DNA of 64,000 nt, from the NCBI GenBank assembly GCA_009684515.1, contig WKKS01000011.1, positions 16,390 through 80,389 of the forward strand, given 5' to 3'. Each line of letters starts with the position of its first letter. Position 1 is the first letter of the stretch. Positions 13,601 through 23,000 of this stretch are shown in pieces. The notes under the pieces were generated by a model. The model was not told the origin of the DNA. It saw nothing but the letters and a program-made list of their open reading frames with translations, and made no database searches. Position numbers and translations under genes: made by a program. This stretch comes from Geobacter sp. (GTDB taxonomy: Bacteria; Desulfobacterota; Desulfuromonadia; Geobacterales; Pseudopelobacteraceae).

Positions 13601-14217
13601 ATCAGAGTACGCTGGAGACCTTTCAGGACAGGCCCGTCTTTCAGGGAGTTGTTTAGTGAGTCCAATATGTTTGAGTAATGTGGCGAGGAGGATAATGATT
13701 TGTCGTCAATCAGCTCACGAAAGCTGTCAACGGCCGGATTGCCTGAAGCCAGGCGCAACAGGAGCATTTCGCGAAGCAGCAGGTTGGTTCTTTTCTCCTG
13801 CAAATCCGAGTTTTGAAGCCATGAGGTTCCATCGGTCATGCCGCATAGGACATCTTCTGGTGGAAACAACTCAACAAAGCGTTGTGTCGCTAGCCTCATC
13901 TCATGCCCAGTCGGATCTGTGCCGCCTTGTCTCAAAGCATTTGACAACGCCGGACCTTCAGATGTCTTGTCAATCAGGTGCCGGAATGCACGCAGAAGGG
14001 TCGCATACAGGTTCAGCTCTCCCGCATGCACAAAACCGGATTCCTTTGGGCGGATGCTGTTAAGTTTAAAAGCCAGTTGTCGGAAAAACAGAATGCGAGG
14101 CAGGCCTCGCTCTTTGATGCTGGCTGAAATCGCACCCAACTCAAGAGAGCGCCAATAGTGAGAGGATATCTGAATATCGTAGGGGAAATAAACGTCTGTA
14201 CCGGGCTGATAAATCAT
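10675..14217 (-). CDS. Large alpha-amylase family (GH13) glycoside hydrolase with long N- and C-terminal extensions
   Basis: 1180 aa. GH13 catalytic blocks are present: DMVPNHTG, IIRFDAAMTLAKKH, LLAEAFWMMEG, FMNNPDE. The flanking roughly 350-400 aa on each side have no recognised motifs. Confidence 0.8.
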   Translation of the reverse strand: MIYQPGTDVYFPYDIQISSHYWRSLELGAISASIKERGLPRILFFRQLAFKLNSIRPKESGFVHAGELNLYATLLRAFRHLIDKTSEGPALSNALRQGGTDPTGHEMRLATQRFVELFPPEDVLCGMTDGTSWLQNSDLQEKRTNLLLREMLLLRLASGNPAVDSFRELIDDKSLSSSPHYSNILDSLNNSLKDGPVLKGLQRTLIDELLSAVNSSPTSLAGQVGYIRSHWQAILPPDIIHEAETALDMLYEEHRERGMGTGEPPPAPVLEFGHRSDSSDRHGERPGGGSVFSGFDYPEYENFSQDTDWMSNVVLMAKMVYVWLEQLSRLHGYPITRLDQVPDAELDRLANWGFTGLWLIGLWERSAASQHIKQICGNPDAIASAYSLYDYEVAADLGGWDALANLRDRALRRGIRLASDMVPNHTGIYSRWVVQHPDWFIQTDYPPFPNYQFNGADLSEDENICIQIEDGYWSKSDAAVVFRLHDRRDGRTRYIYHGNDGTSIPWNDTAQLNYLIPEVRESVIQTILHVARNFPIIRFDAAMTLAKKHYQRLWFPLRGLGGGIPSRVEHGMSKEEFNTVFPVEFWREVVDRVAVESPGTLLLAEAFWMMEGYFVRTLGMHRVYNSAFMNMLKNEENAKYRQTIKNVLEFNHEVLKRFVNFMNNPDEKTAVAQFGSQGKYFGACVLLATMPGLPMIGHGQIEGFHEKYGMEYKRAYWDEQVDEGLVRGHEMWIFPLLKRRWLFSGSKNFVLYDFYAGNIIDDNVFAYSNCEKEHKALVLYNNCHSTTSGWIRESALFARPETGAEQKLERTTLGEALGIINGENNFVIFTDLTQQLEFVRSASELREKGLYIELSEYQFHVFMDFKFIQDDSNHSWRSLHSHLNGTGVVSLEDERKQLEFARLNCLFRNLLRLIPLSGARRISGIYADELPQAIDDFRAVLLAESARFETADIPQKGLRRPGKQRTPGKGKELTACFDSLQKLLAQTPKSNDTANLQVRVASRFSDQAATRLVLAWLVLRDSLISPECFGLDWVLKQLLMQDHDRDLHSRCVQLLTALIELRNADKGVTAKQTDHADILNMFSLPACRSYLLIHESGGTEWFNKERFDELCEWTILLKLLDGLISVKSHAVICSRMAKAENVIIKATDLAKSVGYKSALFVKTISRNNTGSSSKVKKRTA

Positions 14218-14308
14218 AAGTATATCCAGTCGCTGAGTTCCGTGGAGTCAGAATTTGGTTGTTTTCGGATTTCAGTTTTGTAGACAGTCTATTCCTGTCC
14301 GCCAGCGG

Positions 14309-16189
14309 TCACTTCTTTTTTGTTTTTTTACCACCGGATGTTTTTTTAGTGGTTTTTGAACTTTTTGACTTTTTAGAACCTTTTTTGGACTTTTTGATCT
14401 TGCCTTTTTTGCCTTTGCTGATCTTGTGCGGTTCCGGGTTGAATTCATCACGAATATTATTAAGCAGCACGGAGGTCTCTTCCATTGTGGGGTCCGCTTT
14501 TTTTGCAGCCTCAAGCGTTTCCTTGGCCTCGCTCAATTTTCCGGCCTTCATGTAGAGACGACCCAATGCGTTCAGAGAACGGGCATGGTCCGGCTTGATT
14601 TCTATCGCTTTCTTGTAGCTTGCTTCGGCGCTTTCATAATCTTTTTTAAAATCATGGATCAAGCCCAGCTTGTAGTGATTATTGGGATCATCAGGATTGA
14701 TTTCTGCGGCTTCTTTCAGAAGAGCGGTAATCTCGTCGTACTGCTTGTTCTTTACATAAATTGAGACAAGGGCTGTCCGCACTTCGGAATCGTCCTTGTG
14801 CAGCGCTAAAACCCTCTTGTAATGGCTGATAGCTTTTTCATTATCACCTTTGGCCTTGTACAAGGCGGCGATCTCACGGTTTGCATCGGCGTCGTTCGGG
14901 CTGTAGGCCAGTACTGAATTGTACGATGCAATTGCTAAAGTCGTTTCCTTGCTTTTCGCAAATATGCGGGCTAATTTGAGGTGGATATCCGGGCTCTCAG
15001 GTTTTAGTTTGAGAAATTCCGAATAATGTACTGCTGCTTCCGCGAGAACTCCGCGGGAATAGCGTATGTCTCCCAGTCTCAAGTGTGCTTCGGCGTTGCC
15101 TGGGTTGACTTTAATGGCGCGTTTATATGCCACCACCGCCTCGTCAAACTGTGACTTCTTTTCGTAGAGAAGGCCAAGGTTAAGATAAACATCGCTCTTG
15201 GTACTGTTAAGGTGGGCTGCTTCACGGTATGCGTCAAGCGCTTCGGCATCTTTTCCTGCAGCACGGTAGATGTCGCCGAGCTTTTCGTAGTTGGCGACAT
15301 CTCCAGGATTCTCTTTGGCTGCCGATTTAAGGTATTCCAGTTCCTTGTTATTTTCGGTTGCGGCTACTTGTTGCGTCGGTTTGACAGGGGCTTCCGGTAT
15401 AGCTTTGCCCTTGCCCCCCAATAGTTTGTGATACTCGCTTTGCTTGGCATCACCCTTTTTTTCATAAATGTCGGCAAGTAGCAAATGAGCTTCTCGATTT
15501 TGAGGATTAGCGGCTTCAACTTTCTTCAGCTGTTCAATTGCCTGGTCAAGGTTATTGCGCTGGATGTAGATGGTTGCGCTGCCGACATATGCTTTTTCGT
15601 ATCCGGGATTGGCCGTTAACGCCCGGCGGTATTCCTCAAGTGCCTTGTCCGGTTGCCCCATTTCACTGTAGATTTCAGCCAGGCTGGCAAATATGGATGC
15701 ATCGCGAGTCAGTTCTTTGCCCGCTTCGTTGAAGTGATAGATGGCCAACGGGTAAACTTTGCGTTCGGCAAAAATGCGGGCAATCGCCTTGTGGTAAAGT
15801 GGGTTCTGAACTGCAGACAAGCCGCGTGACAACTCAACTGAAGCTTCGTCATTCATTCCTTTCTGCGCATACAGGAGACCCAGGTTGCCGCTGGCGCGAG
15901 CGAAGGAACGCTCCTGTCTCAGGGCCTTGCGATACTCTGCCACAGCGCCATCAAGGTTGCCGACTCGCTGCAATTGCAGGGCCGTTACAAAGTGAGCAGC
16001 GGCCCCATCAGGGCACATTGCAATAGTATCTGCCTCAGCCTGACGCATCTGCGCGTCATCCTGAATTTCTTCCAGAGAAGCCGCCTTTTCCAATGCCTCC
16101 TTGCATGGGTCCGTACCGAATCCCCAACTGAATCCGGTCAAGAGTAGCGTGGCGCACGTCAGTGTAAGGTATGTTCGTAATATATGCAT
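14309..16189 (-). CDS. Secreted TPR-repeat protein with a poly-lysine C-terminal tail
   Basis: Many TPR units (A..Y..AL...P....A...LG.). Signal-like N-terminus from MHILRTYLTLTCATLLLTG. An alternative GTG start lies at 16237. Tail: KISKGKKGKIKKSKKGSKKSKSSKTTKKTSGGKKTKKK. Confidence 0.75.
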   Translation of the reverse strand: MHILRTYLTLTCATLLLTGFSWGFGTDPCKEALEKAASLEEIQDDAQMRQAEADTIAMCPDGAAAHFVTALQLQRVGNLDGAVAEYRKALRQERSFARASGNLGLLYAQKGMNDEASVELSRGLSAVQNPLYHKAIARIFAERKVYPLAIYHFNEAGKELTRDASIFASLAEIYSEMGQPDKALEEYRRALTANPGYEKAYVGSATIYIQRNNLDQAIEQLKKVEAANPQNREAHLLLADIYEKKGDAKQSEYHKLLGGKGKAIPEAPVKPTQQVAATENNKELEYLKSAAKENPGDVANYEKLGDIYRAAGKDAEALDAYREAAHLNSTKSDVYLNLGLLYEKKSQFDEAVVAYKRAIKVNPGNAEAHLRLGDIRYSRGVLAEAAVHYSEFLKLKPESPDIHLKLARIFAKSKETTLAIASYNSVLAYSPNDADANREIAALYKAKGDNEKAISHYKRVLALHKDDSEVRTALVSIYVKNKQYDEITALLKEAAEINPDDPNNHYKLGLIHDFKKDYESAEASYKKAIEIKPDHARSLNALGRLYMKAGKLSEAKETLEAAKKADPTMEETSVLLNNIRDEFNPEPHKISKGKKGKIKKSKKGSKKSKSSKTTKKTSGGKKTKKK

Positions 16190-16359
16190 ATTTAGAGTAT
16201 CCCTGGCTTTCAAGAGTAGTGGTGCGCGATTATACACACGAGCAGGCCGGATTTCAATGTTATAGGCTAAATGCTTGATTATTTGATGCGGAATGGGATA
16301 ATGTCATCGGGATGTGAGTGTGTCAAATGGCAACACCTCGAAAATCAGCAGGGGTTTCT

Positions 16360-17208
16360 ATGAACAGAGAACTTGAAATCATGATCATGACCGCCAGCGA
16401 TTTGCCGACAATTCCGGTAGTCGCCACCAAGGTCATGCAGCTTATAGAAAGCGAGAACGCGTCCGCTGAAGAACTGGCCAAAGTCGTTGCCACAGATCCG
16501 GCCGTTGCAGCCCGTGTGCTCAAAATTTCAAACTCGTCATTTTATGGCTGCCAAAGGCAGATTCAGACACTGTCGCACGCCATAATGGTTCTTGGGTTCA
16601 GCACGTTGAAAAGCCTTGTCGTTGCAGCTTCAGTAAAGCAGGTCTACAAACCTTACGGACTTACAGAAAAAATGCTCTGGGAACACTCATTCGGTGCCGG
16701 TCTGGCGGCTCGAATAATAGCTAAAGCGACTCGTGCGGCAAATGAGGAAGAAGCTTTTCTTGGAGGGCTTTTCCACGATATCGGCAAAATAATCATGAAC
16801 ACCATGGACAGCCAACAATTTCAGTCCGCCATGCAGAAATGCTACAACGACCAGATATCTTTTGCGGAGGCCGAACGGCAGGTTTATCCATACACGCATT
16901 CCGAGGTCGGTGGTCTGGTTATAAAAAAATGGAACTTTCCTGATCTTTTGATGCACGCCGTCTTGAAACATCACACATTTGACTTTGTCGAAGATGAAGA
17001 CCCTTATCAGGTGCGGTTGGCGTGTGTGGTCGGTCTGGCCAATATGTTTTGCCACAAGGTGGGAGTGGGTACCCGTGAACCGGACGAAGAACTTGAACTC
17101 CATGAAACCGAACCGGCAAAACGCCTTGGAATTGGGCAGCAGGATATGGAAATATTGGTGGACAACTTTGTTGCCGCATACGAAAAGGACAAGAGTTTTT
17201 TTGGCTGA
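16360..17208 (+). CDS. HDOD domain signalling protein
   Basis: LPTIPVVATKVMQLIESENASAEELAKVVATDPAVAARVLKISNSSFYG, then the HD-like GLFHDIGK. I chose the ATG at 16360 (AGGGG SD); the track ORF starts at 16318. Confidence 0.8.
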   Translation: MNRELEIMIMTASDLPTIPVVATKVMQLIESENASAEELAKVVATDPAVAARVLKISNSSFYGCQRQIQTLSHAIMVLGFSTLKSLVVAASVKQVYKPYGLTEKMLWEHSFGAGLAARIIAKATRAANEEEAFLGGLFHDIGKIIMNTMDSQQFQSAMQKCYNDQISFAEAERQVYPYTHSEVGGLVIKKWNFPDLLMHAVLKHHTFDFVEDEDPYQVRLACVVGLANMFCHKVGVGTREPDEELELHETEPAKRLGIGQQDMEILVDNFVAAYEKDKSFFG

Positions 17209-17224
17209 CCCGGCCAAACCCGTT

Positions 17225-17434
17225 TCATTTCAGCAGCTCCTTCAGGTAGTCCAGGATGCTCTTCCGGGATTTACCTGAGGAGCGGTCTCTGGCCGTTTGG
17301 GATATCTCGACCAGGTCCTGCTCCTGCACATTTGGTTTTTTCTTTTTATGCTCATCCGCAGAACGTCCCCCGCTGTAGGTACCCCCAGCAGAAGTATTCT
17401 TCGTGCCGCTTATTTCATTGATCGGATCAGTCAT
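17225..17434 (-). CDS. Small basic hypothetical protein (69 aa)
   Basis: A GAGG SD lies 7 nt before the ATG. The sequence is low complexity and Lys-rich in the middle. No family is recognised; a FlgM-like D.VEIS motif alone is not enough. Confidence 0.35.
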   Translation of the reverse strand: MTDPINEISGTKNTSAGGTYSGGRSADEHKKKKPNVQEQDLVEISQTARDRSSGKSRKSILDYLKELLK

Positions 17435-17527
17435 GCCCGAACCTCGCTGGTACAGCAAAGATGAAAATTGATTTTATCACTCTGAAATAGTATCATCAGA
17501 GTTTAATTACATCAATTAAGGATGAAT

Positions 17528-18034
17528 ATGATCCGAACAATTCTCACTTATCCCAATCCCGAACTCAAGAAGAAGTCGGTGCCGGTTACCATAATCAATG
17601 ATGCGTTGCGTGAACTGGTCCGTGACATGGCGGAAACGATGTACGCAGCTCCCGGAATCGGTCTTGCTGCACCGCAGGTCGGCGTGCATCAGCGTGTTAT
17701 CGTCATTGATCTGGCTTCCAAGGATGAGCCATCCGAGCTGATAGCAGCCATCAACCCGGTCATTGTCCATGCTGAAGGTGAGGCATACGAAGAAGAAGGT
17801 TGTCTTTCCGTGCCCAAATATGCCGCCAATGTCCGTCGCCACGCCCGTGTGGTCGTCAAAGCTCTTGACATTGAAGGCGTTGAACGTACCTGGCAGGCCG
17901 ATGATCTGCTGGCAATCGCGTTTCAGCATGAAATTGACCACCTGGACGGAATTCTATTTATAGATCACCTTTCAGCTCTCAAGCGCGAGCTGTTTCAGCG
18001 CAAAGCACGCAGGGCTGCCGAGGAGAGTCAATGA
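17528..18034 (+). CDS. def: Peptide deformylase (copy 1, linked to fmt)
   Basis: GIGLAAPQVG, EGCLSVP and HEIDHLDG motifs. The second ATG is preferred on SD spacing; the track ORF starts at 17522. Confidence 0.95.
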   Translation: MIRTILTYPNPELKKKSVPVTIINDALRELVRDMAETMYAAPGIGLAAPQVGVHQRVIVIDLASKDEPSELIAAINPVIVHAEGEAYEEEGCLSVPKYAANVRRHARVVVKALDIEGVERTWQADDLLAIAFQHEIDHLDGILFIDHLSALKRELFQRKARRAAEESQ

Positions 18035-18990
18035 CCGGCTGGCGAATTATTTTTATGGGAACCCCCGATTTTGCTTGCCCGACCTTGCAGAAACTGATTG
18101 ACCGTAATGAAAACCTGGTGGCTGTGGTAACTCAGCCGGATCGTCCCAAAGGACGGGGACAGAAGCTGATGCCGCCACCAGTCAAGGAACTGGCGGAAAA
18201 ATTCGATATCCCAGTATTCCAGCCGCAAAAGGTTCGCGAGGCGGCTTTTGTAGATTTGGTTCGGCAGTTGGAGCCGGATGTTATCGTGGTGGTTGCATTC
18301 GGTCAGATTCTCCCCAAGGCGCTGCTGGATATTCCGCCGCACGGGTGCATTAACGTCCACGCCTCACTTCTGCCCCGCTATCGGGGTGCCGCTCCGCTCA
18401 ACTGGTGCATCATCAATGGCGAAACCGAAACCGGAGCTACCACCATGCTGATGGATCCGGGGCTTGATACCGGCCCGATGCTGTTGCAGCGCAAAACAGC
18501 TATTGATGAAAACGAGGACATCGTTTCGCTTCATGACCGCATGGCTGCACTGGGAGCGGATCTCCTGGCGGAAACCCTGGAACTGCTGAAGACGGGGAAT
18601 ATCACACCTCAGCCACAAAGTGATGATGATACCTGTTATGCCTCAATGCTAAAGAAAGAGGATGGTTTGATCAACTGGCATCGAAATGCCCGCGCCATAC
18701 ATGACCAGATTCGCGGTATGTCAGTCTGGCCGGGAGCCTTCACTCATCTTGGAGAACAGGTGCTTAAGATATTCCGCACAAAAACCGGCGACGGGGCAGG
18801 GCCTCCCGGGACGGTTCTGAAATCATCAAGAGGGCAGCTGGAAGTGGCTTGTCTGTCAGGCAGTCTGCTTATCCAGGAACTGCAGCTGGCTGGCAAAAAA
18901 AGACTTGACGTCGGCAGTTTTCTGGCCGGTTTCCCGATTACGGAAGGCGTATTGCTGGGGCGTGAAGAGTGTGGAGAGCCTGGACAATGA
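18031..18990 (+). CDS. fmt: Methionyl-tRNA formyltransferase
   Basis: IIFMGTPDFA, VVTQPDRPKGRG and HASLLPRYRGAAP. Its ATGA overlaps the def stop. Confidence 0.96.
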   Translation: MTGWRIIFMGTPDFACPTLQKLIDRNENLVAVVTQPDRPKGRGQKLMPPPVKELAEKFDIPVFQPQKVREAAFVDLVRQLEPDVIVVVAFGQILPKALLDIPPHGCINVHASLLPRYRGAAPLNWCIINGETETGATTMLMDPGLDTGPMLLQRKTAIDENEDIVSLHDRMAALGADLLAETLELLKTGNITPQPQSDDDTCYASMLKKEDGLINWHRNARAIHDQIRGMSVWPGAFTHLGEQVLKIFRTKTGDGAGPPGTVLKSSRGQLEVACLSGSLLIQELQLAGKKRLDVGSFLAGFPITEGVLLGREECGEPGQ

Positions 18991-19778
18991 CAATGGCAGA
19001 AGAAAAAACGGCTCCGCCGCGCAAACGGCTGTTTGTTAGTTTGATGGGTTTGACCTGCCTGATTGTGGTGGCGGTGATCTTTCTGATCTGGTGGATCCCC
19101 AACCGGGGCCTGGCTAACATCCATCCCAACCTGCCCCATATAGTCGGCATCATAATGATGTCACTTTCCGGCATTGCCATCCTGGGCACCGGACTTCTGG
19201 TTCTGACAACGGCGCTTGGCAAGGATATCTTTTTTACCCGATTCATGCGACTGGTCGTGATCAAGTTTCTGCTGCCGGTAATTGAATTTGTCGGCAGGTT
19301 ACTGGGGGTTGACAAGGATAAGATTCGCCAATCCTTTATTGCAATGAACAACAGCCTGGTCGTTTCCCAACGTCAGAAAGTCAGGCCGGACCGGGTCCTC
19401 GTCCTGCTTCCGCATTGCATCCAGCTCTTTGATTGCGAAATCAAAGTCACCGGAGATATAAAAAAATGCGTACAGTGCGGCCGATGTGACATCAAAGGCC
19501 TCGTGGACATCAGCCGCAAGTACAAGATTGATATCTCGGTTGCGACGGGCGGCACGCTGGCTCGCAAGGTGATTGTTGAAAAACGCCCGAAGCTGGTTCT
19601 GGCGGTCGCCTGTGAGCGTGACCTGACTTCCGGCATCAAGGACTGCTATCCATTGCCGGTGATCGGTATCCTCAATGAACGCCCCTTTGGGCCATGTTTC
19701 AATACGATTGTTGATGTGTCAAAGATTGATGCTGCCTTAAGCCAGATTCTACTGTTGGAAGAACCCGCACAAATGTAG
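18987..19778 (+). CDS. DUF116-family membrane protein (Cys-rich)
   Basis: TM helices, then LLPHCIQ...C..CGRCDIKG, typical of DUF116. It sits in the usual def-fmt-DUF116 position, and the ATG at 18987 overlaps the fmt stop. Confidence 0.7.
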   Translation: MTMAEEKTAPPRKRLFVSLMGLTCLIVVAVIFLIWWIPNRGLANIHPNLPHIVGIIMMSLSGIAILGTGLLVLTTALGKDIFFTRFMRLVVIKFLLPVIEFVGRLLGVDKDKIRQSFIAMNNSLVVSQRQKVRPDRVLVLLPHCIQLFDCEIKVTGDIKKCVQCGRCDIKGLVDISRKYKIDISVATGGTLARKVIVEKRPKLVLAVACERDLTSGIKDCYPLPVIGILNERPFGPCFNTIVDVSKIDAALSQILLLEEPAQM

Positions 19779-19787
19779 CCATCAGAC

Positions 19788-19823
19788 AAAATCGGGCGAG
19801 ATTCATTATCTCGCCCGGTTTTG
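19788..19823. terminator. Bidirectional terminator between the DUF116 gene and the selenoprotein gene
   Basis: CGGGCGAG-ATTCATTAT-CTCGCCCG, with an A-run upstream and a T-run downstream. Confidence 0.7.
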
Positions 19824-19824
19824 T

Positions 19825-20082
19825 TTACTCGCCGGTTTTAATTTCATTCAGCATTTCCAATCCAAAATTCTTGGCGCGCCCTCCCGGGGCGATCATCCCG
19901 TAGGCCACCGCTTCACGCAGTTCGGCATCGTTGGCTCCTTCCGACTTCGCGACCGCGAAGTGTTTCCTGAATCAGGTCGGGCATCCGACCGCAATGGCGC
20001 AGCCAACCCGGATAAGTTCGCGAACCCGCCCGTCCAGAACCTCTTCATACTCATAATCGAGAAACTTCTTGCGAATGTTCAT
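19825..20082 (-). CDS. AhpD/carboxymuconolactone-decarboxylase-like selenoprotein (85 codons, Sec at codon 37)
   Basis: This gene is not in the ORF track. An AGGAGG SD lies 8 nt upstream of the ATG at 20082. Translation: MNIRKKFLDYEYEEVLDGRVRELIRVGCAIAVGCPT-U-FRKHFAVAKSEGANDAELREAVAYGMIAPGGRAKNFGLEMLNEIKTGE. The UGA (19972-19974) falls in a C-x-x-U-x-x-x-H arrangement equivalent to the AhpD CxxCxxxH signature. A hairpin lies 10 nt downstream, and selB is in the same window. Confidence 0.75.
19944..19961 (-). promoter_or_regulatory. Candidate bacterial SECIS stem-loop
   Basis: ACUUCGC-GGUC-GCGAAGU: a 7-bp stem with a GGUC apical loop, starting 10 nt 3' of the in-frame UGA. Confidence 0.6.
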
Positions 20083-20096
20083 GCTGAAATCCTCCT

Positions 20097-23000
20097 TTAG
20101 TCAGTTGCAACACAGAAAACACGCTCATAAACATCCCTGATCTTTCCGGTTGTCTCTTCATAGTCATCTATCAGTACAGTTCCGGGGTTCTTCAGTTTCG
20201 GATCATATCCCAATCGTCGGGCCAGCTTGTTCATATAATTCTGAGGTCCGGCCAGATCATTAACCGAATAGTCGTGGATAATACGCAGCCGGTTTTCCAT
20301 TTTGCGAAGAAACTTGTAGCCGCTCAGCAGTGTTTCCGCATCTCCGTCGGGGAGCAATTTCAGGGAGCGGATCTCCTTGAGTGCCACGATCGTGTTGGTG
20401 CTGCGCAATTCCGGGTAGCTGCAGCCATAACGTAACTGAAGATATTGAATGGTGAATTCCACATCCACCATCCCGCCACGTCCCGTTTTGATGTTGTAGC
20501 TCCCCTCTTTTTCTTTGGCCAGCTCGTTCTCCATTCGCATTCTCAGGCGATGGATCTCGGCGCGCCCATCATCGTCGATTGTGGCCCCGTAGATGGTGTG
20601 GCGGATGACGTCGTTCAGTTGTCCGGCCAGCGTTTGGTCGCCCAGTACGACCCGGGCTTTGGTGAGAGCCTGACGTTCCCAGATCTGGGCCTCCTTGCGA
20701 TGATATTCCAGGAATGACTCCAGCGAAGTTACGAGCGGGCCGGCATTGCCTGAGGGGCGCAGGCGCGTATCAATTTTATAAACATACCCTTCGCGGGTTT
20801 GCATTGTCAGAACCGAGATGATCTTTTGGGCCAGCTTGGCAAAGTACTCGTGATTGGAAATCTGTTTTTCACCATCGGTGTACCCTTTATGATCGTAGAC
20901 AAAGATGATGTCCAGGTCGGAGTGGTAGTTCAGGTCGCCGCCACCAAGTTTTCCCATGCCGATGATCGCCAGACTTGCTTTGACGGCATGCCCTTCAAAC
21001 TGGTAGACCGGGTTTCCAAAGCGTTTCAGTTCCGAAACTGCCAGGCGGTAGGCTGCGGCAAGGCAGGTTTCGCCGAGCAGGCTGAGTTGCGATGTTACCT
21101 CGCCCTGCAGGAGCTTGCCATGGATGTCGTTCAGGCCGATGCGCAGAAACTCCTCATTTCGAAAGCGTCGCAGCACATCCAGGCGGTCCTCGAAATAATC
21201 ACTCTGCTCCAGCAGGATGTCCAGTTCTGCTGTCATAACTTCGATCGTTTTGGGGGTCGAGGTGTAAGTGCTGGAGGCCATGCTGTCCAGCAGTTCCGGA
21301 TGACTGATCAGGATTTTGGAGAGAAATTCGGACATGCCGAATAGCGAAACCAGCAGTTTGCTCGTTTCACGGTTTTCAGCCAGCAGGGCATAATATGAAG
21401 GACGGGTAGCGATCTCCGACAGGAAACGCTCCAGATTTACCAGAGCCATGTCCGGATCGGGAGAATCAAATACTTTCTGGAGCAGCAACGGGGTGATTTT
21501 TTCCAGATTGCGGCGGCTGCGCTCGGTCAGGTTTCCCTTGGCCGGCCCTCGGCGCAGCAATGCCAGGTTCTCGTAAGCCCGGTCAACATTTTCGAAACGC
21601 CTTTCAGCCAGCATATCCTTGACCAAATCGGAGTCGGCCCGCTGGTCAAGAAACAGTAGTGTTTCAGGATTCAAGTCCTGCTGCAGCTTTTCATCTCTTG
21701 AATGGAACAGGGTGCCGTAGATGATGGAAACATTGCTGCGGTGATTTTCCAGAACTTGATTGAAACGTTCAAGCCCGCCCGCTCTCAGATATCCGCAGCG
21801 CCGGGCCAGCGCCAGCATTTCATCCGGCTTGCCCGGAAGATTGTGGGTCTGGCGCTCCTGGACAACCTGGATGCGGTGCTCGGTGGAACGCAAAAACCGG
21901 TAGGCATCCCGCAGCTTGTTGTAATCATTTTCATTGATCAGGCGTGCCTCTAACAGTGTTTTCAGCGCCTTGAGCGAGTTTCGCTCCCGCAAATTCGGAT
22001 TCTTCCCGGCATAGACCAGCTGTAAGGCCTGGATGAAAAATTCGATCTCGCGGATGCCGCCGCGCCCAAGCTTAAGATTGATTTCTCCCTCCATCGAACG
22101 GGCCAGGGAAACGTCGATCTTCTGCTTCATGTTCTTCATATCCTCGATCAGGTTGTAATCGAGATATTTGCGGTAAACGAAAGGCTGCAGCATTTTTAAC
22201 AGCTGCTCGCCCAGTTCCAGCGAGCCGGCCACCGGCCTGGCCTTGAGCATGGCGGTGCGTTCCCAGGATTGTCCCCAGGATTCGTAATACACTTCGGCCG
22301 AACGGAGCGAAACCGCCATATCCCCAGATTTGCCTTCCGGTCGCAGTCCCACATCGACCCTGAAAACAAAGCCGTCTTCAGTTACCTGTGAAAGAGCCTT
22401 GCTGATCAATTCTCCCAATTTGTTGAAGAATGTGTGCAGCGAAACGACCCCCTTGCGTGAGCCGGAACCGTTTTCTACACCGGACGTTTCACCCTTGTCC
22501 GACTCATAAAAATAAATTATGTCGATATCGGACGAAAAATTCAGCTCCCGCCCCCCCAGTTTACCCATGCCGATAACGGTCATTTCAGCTTCCCGCAATC
22601 CGTCCGGAGTGGACAATAAGGGGCAGCCATATTCCTTGACCAGGCAGCGGCGACTAACCAGGTAGGCCATCTGCAGTGAGGCCGCAGCCAGACTTGAAAG
22701 CTCGTCGGTGACCTCTTCCATAACCGCCAGGCCGTTCAGGTCACGCGCTGCAATTCTAAGGATTTCAGCTCGCTTGAATAGTCGCAGCTGTTTTTGCAAC
22801 GACGCATAATCGGTATCGTTATCCACCAAGCTTTCCACGGCGCTCAGCATGCTGGCAAAATTACGTGCTGTGTCGATGCCGTTGTCAAGGAAGAGCATGC
22901 GAAGGGTTTCGGGGGTTTTGTAAATCAGATTCACCAGAAACGGTGAAGAGCCACACAACATCAAAAACTGGGCCAGTCGTTTTTTTCGTCCGGCCAGTAC

